From Candidatus Methanoperedens sp. (lineage in GTDB: Archaea > Halobacteriota > Methanosarcinia > Methanosarcinales > Methanoperedenaceae): a stretch of DNA of 32,000 nt. How positions within the stretch are numbered: the first letter of the stretch is position 1; each line of letters begins with the position of its first letter. The notes beneath the pieces were generated by a model. That model was not told where the DNA came from, searched no databases, and saw only the letters and a list, made by a program, of their open reading frames with translations. Both the position numbers and the translations under genes were made by a program. Location: the NCBI GenBank assembly GCA_027460535.1, contig JAPZAR010000031.1, forward strand, positions 90,001-122,000, in the 5' to 3' direction. Positions 20,901 to 27,454 of this stretch are shown here, one piece after another.

Positions 20901-21170
20901 GGTTTCATTGTTGTGCAACAGGTCTGGTGAATAAATACGCAGCACTTTTTGCACAGCCTGTTCCTGTGCATCCGCAGGAATATCAGGGTTTAACTTTGCA
21001 ACAGCTTTGCGCAGGCGCTGCGTTAAAATGATCTGATCAAAACCTTCTCTCTCGGCAAACTCGGCGCCGGGGGCGATGGAAAGACCGTGGACATGTTGCC
21101 AGCCTAATGTCTTAAGTATTTCGATGGTAAAGGTTTCGATTTGTGATTCAGTGATTTTATTCGTCGTCAT
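17928..21170 (-). CDS. hsdR: Type I restriction enzyme R subunit HsdR
   Basis: 1080 aa. N-terminal nuclease motif PDILLFINGIPIVLFELK, helicase motifs HTQGSGKS and VIADEAHRTQ, and a C-terminal HsdR tail (LSKEELAFYDALAENGSAVEVLGDDKL...). Confidence 0.95.
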   Translation of the reverse strand: MTTNKITESQIETFTIEILKTLGWQHVHGLSIAPGAEFAEREGFDQIILTQRLRKAVAKLNPDIPADAQEQAVQKVLRIYSPDLLHNNETFHQFLIEKIKIPYQQDGYERSFEVALIDFAHPSNNEFLVVNQYTIVENNQNKRPDILLFINGIPIVLFELKNAADETATIKKAFDQIQTYKATIPGLFAFNEVCIISDGMDCRAGSVSAGFSRYMTWKSADGKKEASRFIPQLEILIKGMLNPTTLLDLVCNFIIFEKSKKKDPKTGITQVETEKKLAAYHQYYAVNKAVENTIKAASTNGNRKGGVVWHTQGSGKSISMVFYSAKLVLSLNNPTVVVITDRNDLDDQLFDTFAASKQLLRQEPVQARDREHLKQLLNVASGGIVFTTIQKFLPEAGKAEFDRLSDRRNIVVIADEAHRTQYGFEAKLVDVKDKETKDVIGKRIAYGFAKYMRDALPNATYIGFTGTPIESTDVNTPAVFGQYVDIYDISQSVADGATVKIYYESRLAKVNLDEEGKRLIAEFDKELEEDEEITDKQRVRAKWAKLEAIVGNPERIKNLARDIVTHFELRTARFEGKGMVVAMSRRIAVDLYNEITKLRPQWHNDDLSKGAIKVVMTASSADGPVMQKHHTTKSQRRDLSDRMKDPEDPLRLVIVIDMWLTGFDVPCLHTLYVDKPMRDHSLMQAIARVNRVFRDKPGGLVVDYLGIATDLKKALSFYSNSGGKGDPAEGQEKAVAAMLEKLEIVRQLFFEESKSKEAILIAEPTAYYGKYPGTGFNYRRFFSASPQEKLSIILQAEEHIMGLENGKNRLIREVTMLSQAFALSVPDGQALAITDEVAFFQAVKARLVKFIGNGGGRSDLDIETTIKQIVDEALSSDQVIDIFDAAGIKKPEISILSQEFLQEIKGMKHQNLALELLKKILNDEIRTRSKTNLVKSKALLEMLETAIKKYNNGLLTTAEIIQFLVDEVAKKIKENDEREAHLGLSKEELAFYDALAENGSAVEVLGDDKLRIIAIEVAEKVKANATIDWTIRESARAKLMVLVKRTLNKYGYPPDMQQKAIDTVLKQAELLADYFVRGEA

Positions 21171-22176
21171 CTTTTTTTCCTGTGATGCGCTTTATCTCTT
21201 TGTCAAAATCGGAGATGTAATTTTTATCCTGAATTTTCTTGAATCTTTCATATTCTTTATTGACCAGAGCCAGAGCAACTTCATGACTGATTTGCCCGGC
21301 ATTGGTGAGTATTTCGTATTCACTGAATTTCAGGAAGGCGTTCAGTTTTTCAATCCAATCTTTCATGTACATTGGCGAATTGCGAACCGCCTGTAATTCC
21401 GCAAAATCAAGATACATGGTAACTATGCGGTTCAAATGATCAAGCTCAGGTTTGTCTAGATAGTTTTTTGCTATGGTAACATCACCTGGCATGATTTTAC
21501 CGCCAGGTGCTTTTCGCCATGATGTCAATCCCATATTTGGCTTGTCGCTGCTGGCTCGTGTGGCTATAATTTCCGCGGCGGTCTGCCCTGTAATGGCAAA
21601 GTGCAGTTTGTTCTGTACCATCGCAAAGAACTGTTTTGTGTCCTGTGCTTTTGGCGAATAGTCAATAGAAGTGGCGTAAATATCAGTAATTTTCTGATAC
21701 AACATCCGCTCACTGGAACGGATATCCCGGATTTCTTCGAGTAAGTCGTCAAAATATCGTGCGCTGAAACGGGAACCATATTTAAATCTGTCGCTGTCAA
21801 TCGCAAAACCTTTATGAATATATTGCTGAAGAATTGAAATTGCCCATTGCCGGAACTGTGTGCCACGTTCTGAGTTAACCCTGTACCCCACCGCGATAAT
21901 TGCTTCAAGCGAATAAAACTTTGTCTGATATTCCTTGCCATCTTCGGCAGTATGTGCAAAATTTGCACATACTGAATCTTCCTCTAACTCGTTCTCAGAA
22001 AAGATGTTCTTCAGGTGCTTGGTGACAACACTACGATCTACATCGAACAGTTCCGCAATCCGCTTCTGGGGAAGCCAGATGTTTTCATTAGCGTATAGCA
22101 CTTCAATGTTGATTTTTCCATCAGGTGTTTGATAAACGGTAATTTGATTGTCGGGTAATTTTTTATTTTTGGCCAT
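21157..22176 (-). CDS. rhuM: RhuM-family (Virulence_RhuM) protein embedded in the R-M operon
   Basis: 339 aa. ITVYQTPDGKINIEVLYANENIWLPQKRIAELFDVDRSVVTKHLKNIF, YSLEAIIAVGYRVNSERGTQFRQWA. Its last 14 nt overlap the hsdR start. Confidence 0.8.
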   Translation of the reverse strand: MAKNKKLPDNQITVYQTPDGKINIEVLYANENIWLPQKRIAELFDVDRSVVTKHLKNIFSENELEEDSVCANFAHTAEDGKEYQTKFYSLEAIIAVGYRVNSERGTQFRQWAISILQQYIHKGFAIDSDRFKYGSRFSARYFDDLLEEIRDIRSSERMLYQKITDIYATSIDYSPKAQDTKQFFAMVQNKLHFAITGQTAAEIIATRASSDKPNMGLTSWRKAPGGKIMPGDVTIAKNYLDKPELDHLNRIVTMYLDFAELQAVRNSPMYMKDWIEKLNAFLKFSEYEILTNAGQISHEVALALVNKEYERFKKIQDKNYISDFDKEIKRITGKKDDDE

Positions 22177-22393
22177 ATTTTACCTTTCGTACATCCACGG
22201 AACCTCTGTTTTTTTCAGTTATTCTGCCAGTGGCTTTTCGCAGGCGTTCCAGCAGTAGATCATCTTCAAAGGAGCCACTTTCCGGTTTCTCGCCAGCAGG
22301 GGCAATGTCGGGAGCGTAGAGATACTGGTAGCCCTGCTTTTCGAGGAGTTCGATTGCGAATTTTTCGATGACGGATTCGGTAATATTGGTCAT
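22163..22393 (-). pseudogene. 5' remnant of a second, divergent hsdR
   Basis: MTNITESVIEKFAIELLEKQGYQYLYAPDIAPAGEKPESGSFEDDLLLERLRKA parallels the intact HsdR N-terminus MTTNKITESQIETFTIEILKTLGWQHVHGLSIAPGAEFAEREGFDQIILTQRLRKA. Similarity is lost after ~55 codons, and the ORF ends 14 nt into rhuM. Confidence 0.6.
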
Positions 22394-22409
22394 TGTATTT
22401 GTTTCTTAT

Positions 22410-23231
22410 TCATTGGTTTAGTTTAAGTACAGAGTTTGCCAGCCTTTTTTCATTGCCTATCGGTGTTGTGTAATATCTCTGCTCAATACCATACAATATC
22501 TTTTTAAGATGGTCGTCTGTGCTAACAAGAAATGTGTCATCTTCTACTGGAACATCTTCACAATACGACCGTATATATTGAAAAATCTGCTGTTTGTTAT
22601 CTTCTGTGAATTGGTTTAATATATCGATTGCCATTGCTATTCGCTTTCTATTGGCTGTTTTCACATTGTTGCAAGTAAATGTTTCATCAAGAGAAATGAA
22701 GTCTTGCTCCAGAAAAGCATCAACTTCGGCTTGAGTGGCTTCTCTGTAGAGTTCCTCAATACCTCTGAATATTGATTTGACTCTTGCTATATTTTTAAAG
22801 TAAAGACTGTCAGCGTTTATATCGTAAACAGCATCAACAAAACTATTGAGGATTATAATAGGCTTATCAATTTCAAGCGTTGGTTCGCTTGAAATGCGAA
22901 ACCACTTTTTATAAATTAATTGAGTTGAAGACATCTTCAGAAAAAGAAAAAAATTGCCTTGTTTGCTACATAAATAATTGATTTTAGAATATTGTCTTAC
23001 AGTTATTTGATTATAAACTGTACTATCAAAGGTGCTTCCTATAAAGTTATTCTCATAACCAAGACTTAAAAAGTTATCTAATTTAAACCATTCACCATCT
23101 TCCAACTTATATGCTGGCGAATATGCTTGACTATCTGATAAGTCAGGCAAATCAAATACGCCTCTTTGAACTGACATGACCTTCAAAAACTCTGCATTTC
23201 GACCTTTTATTTCTGCTAGTAAATAATTCAT
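22410..23231 (-). CDS. Hypothetical 273-aa soluble protein; candidate KwaB-like (DUF4868-like) defence protein, family unverified
   Basis: Start at 23231 (MNYLLAEIKG...) follows GGAAAGG; the track ORF starts 24 nt earlier inside a tandem duplication. No enzymatic motif recognised. Lies downstream of a 4-TM gene inside the R-M operon and is very AT-rich. Confidence 0.5.
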   Translation of the reverse strand: MNYLLAEIKGRNAEFLKVMSVQRGVFDLPDLSDSQAYSPAYKLEDGEWFKLDNFLSLGYENNFIGSTFDSTVYNQITVRQYSKINYLCSKQGNFFLFLKMSSTQLIYKKWFRISSEPTLEIDKPIIILNSFVDAVYDINADSLYFKNIARVKSIFRGIEELYREATQAEVDAFLEQDFISLDETFTCNNVKTANRKRIAMAIDILNQFTEDNKQQIFQYIRSYCEDVPVEDDTFLVSTDDHLKKILYGIEQRYYTTPIGNEKRLANSVLKLNQ

Positions 23232-23235
23232 AATA

Positions 23236-23290
23236 TTACCTTTCCATATCCACAAATGTATATTTACCTTTCCATATCCATAAATGTATA
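23236..23290. repeat. 28-nt tandem duplication at the junction of the TM gene and the 273-aa gene
   Basis: TTACCTTTCCATATCCACAAATGTATA (23236-23262) and TTACCTTTCCATATCCATAAATGTATA (23264-23290), one mismatch. It duplicates the last codons, stop and GGAAAGG of the upstream gene. Confidence 0.9.
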
Positions 23291-23806
23291 ATTATTGATG
23301 CGTTTTAGATTGTCAAATGCTGCGCTTTTAGGCTCTTTTATTTGCTTTCGTGTAATTAATAACACTTTGATATTCTTATTGTTCACGAGATAATAAAAGT
23401 TGAATCCAAACAGGAAAAATATCGGATTAAAATAAGAAATTCTGGAATAAAAAATAAAAATACAAATTATCCCGAAAACATAAAGAAATACCTCAATGTT
23501 TGGAATGCTTAACGCAACAAAAAAATAACCTAAATAACTTGGTAAGAATGCGTCATTGGCTGGTTCAATAACCGAGATGGAGCCTGCATCTATCGTGTCT
23601 GTGCCTAAAAAGTTAATAAGCCGCATACTCAGCCATGTAAATATTAAAACTACTACAAAATATAAAATATAAGAAATTATATTTGGTAAGCTTGAAAGGT
23701 ATGGATACAAAGAGTTTATGACAATCCCTTCTTTAATAAGAAATACAATCAACGAGAGTAATAATGAATTTAATGTCAAACAAAATTTAAAAATGTGTTC
23801 TATCAT
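23264..23806 (-). CDS. Hypothetical 180-aa 4-TM membrane protein; candidate KwaA-like partner, family unverified
   Basis: Four hydrophobic segments (FKFCLTLNSLLLSLIVFLI, IISYILYFVVVLIFTWLSM, LPSYLGYFFVALSI, VFLYVFGIICIFIFY) and a basic C-terminal tail. ATG lies 9 nt after the hsdS stop, behind AGGAGG. Confidence 0.5.
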   Translation of the reverse strand: MIEHIFKFCLTLNSLLLSLIVFLIKEGIVINSLYPYLSSLPNIISYILYFVVVLIFTWLSMRLINFLGTDTIDAGSISVIEPANDAFLPSYLGYFFVALSIPNIEVFLYVFGIICIFIFYSRISYFNPIFFLFGFNFYYLVNNKNIKVLLITRKQIKEPKSAAFDNLKRINNYTFMDMER

Positions 23807-23815
23807 TCATCCTCC

Positions 23816-25015
23816 TCACATTTCAACCCTCACTTCCCCGCTCATCAACTTCGGCAGCAGCGTATCGCGCAGGCGGGTGAGGGTGCGGATTTGGATTTGA
23901 TTGCTTTTTATTTTTTCAAAAGTTGGATTAATTATTTCATGCATTTCTTTTAATTTATTTTTTGGCGGAACTAATACCGTTGCACTTGATAAATGATGTC
24001 TTTGGATATGTCCCATTGTGGTTGCTTTATCTTCTGCTATTCCTTGAAATTCAGGTAAGTGATATTTCACCCAGAAATAATAAAACCATTGTGGAAATTC
24101 AGTTGATGAAACTTTAAATAAATGTTGATTCAAAACTCCTTTACCTTCTGACCAAATCACAATATCTAAACTACCTGACCATGAGAAAAGCATATCACCA
24201 TTATGAACCAAATATTTTTCAGGAACATCATTAGTTGCAATATCCGAAGCATCTGTAATTCCTGTTCTCAATTCTTTTATCTTGATAACAGGCAAACCAA
24301 CTTCACCGACTTTTGCTGGAAATTTCTGACAAGCTAAACCATTTAAGAACTCTGCAATTTCATCCATACCTTTTTCTTCCCACCCCTCCTCCGCCTCTTC
24401 CACAAACCACTGCCTGAACAGCGTCTCTGCCAGTGCCTCCAGGGTTTTGTTCTGGCGGTGCAGCAGGTCTATTTTGTTGTCGAGGCTGGAAAGCACAGAG
24501 GCGATGGATTGTTGTTCTAGGAGGGGGGGGACAGGGAGAAAAATTTCCTTTAAAGCAGAAAGATTTAATGTTGGCTGAACTGTATCGTTTGTGTGACTAT
24601 AGATTTGATATTTTACTTGTTCAAAAGAGAAGCAGTATTTTATAAATGATTTATCATAAGCCTCAGAAATATTGGAAACACTCACTGCTCTTGCAACATT
24701 CCAACCTTTGTAGACATTGGGGACAATTGCACATTCTCCAACACTTCCAACAACCGTTAATAAAAGTTCCCCACCCTTAAGTCTTGTTCGGGAATATTTT
24801 TTTTCAATCTCTTTATCTACCATCATCACATCAACTGAAAAAATTCTTCCGTCTTTTATGTTATTAACTCTAAGAACAGGGATACTATTGGTAACTTGAT
24901 GGAAACCGGGTTGAACAATGCCATAAGACAGACCATTCGGGATAATTATTCTCTCAAAAGGCAAGCAGTCCCAATGTTTAGGAATTAATCCAACTTTACT
25001 GTCTTTGTATTCCAT
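23816..25015 (-). CDS. hsdS: Type I R-M specificity subunit HsdS
   Basis: 399 aa with two target-recognition halves. Central conserved region LPVPPLLEQQSIASVLSSLDNKIDLLHRQNKTLEALAETLFRQWF and C-terminal IRTLTRLRDTLLPKLMSGEVRV. ATG lies 1 nt after the hsdM stop. Confidence 0.93.
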   Translation of the reverse strand: MEYKDSKVGLIPKHWDCLPFERIIIPNGLSYGIVQPGFHQVTNSIPVLRVNNIKDGRIFSVDVMMVDKEIEKKYSRTRLKGGELLLTVVGSVGECAIVPNVYKGWNVARAVSVSNISEAYDKSFIKYCFSFEQVKYQIYSHTNDTVQPTLNLSALKEIFLPVPPLLEQQSIASVLSSLDNKIDLLHRQNKTLEALAETLFRQWFVEEAEEGWEEKGMDEIAEFLNGLACQKFPAKVGEVGLPVIKIKELRTGITDASDIATNDVPEKYLVHNGDMLFSWSGSLDIVIWSEGKGVLNQHLFKVSSTEFPQWFYYFWVKYHLPEFQGIAEDKATTMGHIQRHHLSSATVLVPPKNKLKEMHEIINPTFEKIKSNQIQIRTLTRLRDTLLPKLMSGEVRVEM

Positions 25016-25016
25016 A

Positions 25017-26624
25017 TCATCCCACAGTTGTGTTATTGATATTGATTTTAGAAAGATTGTTTTGAATACGATTGTTTAATTCGGTTTCTTCGATAATTTG
25101 TTTTTCCAACTCGGTTTTCAGAGAAATAAATCGTTCAACAAAATTGAAATCATCCTCATCATCTGGCAAGCCAATATACCTGCCGGGTGTCAGTACATAG
25201 TTCAAAGTCTTTACGTCATCCAGTGCCGCTGATTTACAGAATCCCTGCACATCCTTATATTCCCCTTCACCTGTGCGCCAGTTGTGATATGTGCGCCCGA
25301 TCAATGCAATATCTTCATCAGATAACTCCCTGTTTTTGCGGTTAATCAAATGCCCCATATTACGGGTATCAATAAACAATATTTTGCCCTTGCGTTGCTG
25401 TTTGTTACGGCTCAAAAACCACAAGCATGCGGGAATCTGGGTATTCAGGAATAGCTTGGTTGGAAGATTCACAATGCAATCTATTAAATCATTTTCCACC
25501 ATAGCCTTGCGTATATCGCCTTCGTTGTTGGTTTTGGTGGTCAGTGAACCCTTAGCCAAAACAAAGCCAGCCTGCCCCGTCGGCGCCAGATGATAGAGGA
25601 AATGCTGTATCCATGCATAGTTGGCGTTGGCTGGCGGCGGCGGCAGTTTTTGTCCTAATACGCTCCAGCGCGCATCATCACGGAGCATCTCGCCGCTCCA
25701 GTCACTGTCGTTGAATGGGGGATTTGCAATGATGTAATCGGCCTTCAGATCCTTATGCATATCGTTGAGAAAAGAGCCTTCATTGTTCCACTTTACATTG
25801 CTGCTGTCAATGCCGCGGATGGCAAGGTTCATTTTGGCCAGGCGCCAGGTGGTCTGGTTGCTCTCCTGCCCGTATATTGAGATGCGGTCTTTGGGATCAA
25901 TGCTTAATTTCCTGCCATTATTTTTTTTATAATGATCCTGATGCGCCTCAATGAACTTTTCACTCTGCACAAACATACCGCCAGAACCGCAGCAGGGGTC
26001 AAAAACGCGCCCTTCATAAGGCTCAAGCATCTCAACCAGTAGCTTTACAACGCTACCCGGAGTGTAGAACTGTCCTCCCTTTTTGCCTTCTGCCAATGCA
26101 AATTCACCCAAGAAATATTCAAATACCTTGCCCAAGAGGTCTTTACCTTTTGCTTCCTTAGTACCCAATTCCGCGCTGCCTATAAGGTCAATCAAACCGC
26201 CAAGGCTCTGTTTGTCTAATTTCTCCTGTGCAAATACTCTGGGCAACACCCCTCTGAGGGAAGGGTTGTCCTTTTCGATTGCATCCATGGCTTCATCTAC
26301 ATCTTTGCCTATGGTGGGAAGCTTTGCTCGACCCTGCAACCAATTCCAGCGCGAAGAAGGGGGCACGTAAAAAACCTTTTCAGCAGTGTATTCATTCTTA
26401 TCTTCGGGGTCAGCACCTTCATAGGCGCCTTTGCCTTCTTTCAGCTTTTGATGAAGTTCGAGAAAGGCGTCAGAAATATATTTCAGGAAGATCAAGCCCA
26501 AAACAATATGCTTGTATTCGGCTGCATCCATGTTCTTGCGCAACTTGTCGGCTGCCTTCCAGAGTTTCTTTTCTAAGGGTTCATCATTGTGGTTATTTTT
26601 TTCTTTATCGAACCGGGCCATCAA
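25017..26624 (-). CDS. hsdM: Type I R-M N6-adenine DNA methyltransferase subunit HsdM
   Basis: 535 aa. HsdM N-terminal domain (LWKAADKLRKNMDAAEYKHIVLGLIFLKYISD), motif I VFDPCCGSGGMF, catalytic IIANPPFNDSDW. Confidence 0.95.
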   Translation of the reverse strand: MMARFDKEKNNHNDEPLEKKLWKAADKLRKNMDAAEYKHIVLGLIFLKYISDAFLELHQKLKEGKGAYEGADPEDKNEYTAEKVFYVPPSSRWNWLQGRAKLPTIGKDVDEAMDAIEKDNPSLRGVLPRVFAQEKLDKQSLGGLIDLIGSAELGTKEAKGKDLLGKVFEYFLGEFALAEGKKGGQFYTPGSVVKLLVEMLEPYEGRVFDPCCGSGGMFVQSEKFIEAHQDHYKKNNGRKLSIDPKDRISIYGQESNQTTWRLAKMNLAIRGIDSSNVKWNNEGSFLNDMHKDLKADYIIANPPFNDSDWSGEMLRDDARWSVLGQKLPPPPANANYAWIQHFLYHLAPTGQAGFVLAKGSLTTKTNNEGDIRKAMVENDLIDCIVNLPTKLFLNTQIPACLWFLSRNKQQRKGKILFIDTRNMGHLINRKNRELSDEDIALIGRTYHNWRTGEGEYKDVQGFCKSAALDDVKTLNYVLTPGRYIGLPDDEDDFNFVERFISLKTELEKQIIEETELNNRIQNNLSKININNTTVG

Positions 26625-26734
26625 TCAGTCTCCTATACAAACAATATATATTTTATTTTTAAGTCCGAATGAACTGCAGGCGCTCTTAGTGCGCGCGCAT
26701 CGTAAATAACATAAAGTACAAAGTAATGCTGCTT

Positions 26735-27319
26735 TCATAATAGATGACTTTTTGTAACTTCAATAATTCGATCTAACATAATAGCTGAATTTCTAAATTT
26801 CATATCCTTTTCCTGTGGATTTCCAATTTTCTCTCTAAAACCTTGTGTTATAGAATCAAGGACAATATCCAAGTCTTCTCTTAGTTTTATCTCTTTCTCA
26901 TTTAAGACTTCATTTAAGTCAGGTTGATTTTCTGTATGATATTTCTTCATATAATTGGATATTTTAATAATTTGATTTTCAATTTCTTCTTGTGATTTCT
27001 TTTTGAAGATGTTCTTATCATTTTTAATAAAGGATATCCAATTCTTACTATTTCGTTTACTATTACAAGTAGGGCAGGACGGAACTACATTTCCTATAAC
27101 ATGAAGTCCACCAATTGTTTCTGGCCACAAATGGTCAGGCTGTAAATCTTGATCATCCTTGGAAATACCACAATAAACACAATTAGGCCCTAATTCCTCA
27201 AGTGATCTCTCAAATGCATCCTCTTGACTATGCTTCTGCAATAAAACTGATAAAATAGCCTTTCTAAATGCACCACGTCCATTTCCTAGAATTTGTGCAA
27301 TTGGTTTCGGTTTTGGCAT
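26735..27319 (-). CDS. HNH endonuclease-domain protein
   Basis: CVYCG...QPDHLWPETIGG...GNVVPSCPTCNSKRN (CxxC / DH / N / CxxC-N), followed by a Lys/Glu-rich helical C-terminal half. Own AAGGAG RBS and an AT-rich upstream box. Confidence 0.8.
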   Translation of the reverse strand: MPKPKPIAQILGNGRGAFRKAILSVLLQKHSQEDAFERSLEELGPNCVYCGISKDDQDLQPDHLWPETIGGLHVIGNVVPSCPTCNSKRNSKNWISFIKNDKNIFKKKSQEEIENQIIKISNYMKKYHTENQPDLNEVLNEKEIKLREDLDIVLDSITQGFREKIGNPQEKDMKFRNSAIMLDRIIEVTKSHLL

Positions 27320-27427
27320 TGTTTATCTCCTTTATGTTATATATTTAGTGTCACTATTACGCACAACGGTATGAGTGTTTGATTAGGACGGAACCTTTGG
27401 ATTTTAACCTGTTAAATGAAATTGCTC

Positions 27428-27446
27428 TTTGATTATACAAATCAAA
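27428..27446 (-). terminator. Stem-loop just downstream of the 341-aa gene
   Basis: TTTGATT (27428-27434), ATACA loop, AATCAAA (27440-27446), 8 nt beyond the stop at 27455. The stem is weak and AT-only. Confidence 0.3.
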
Positions 27447-27454
27447 CAACAGCA

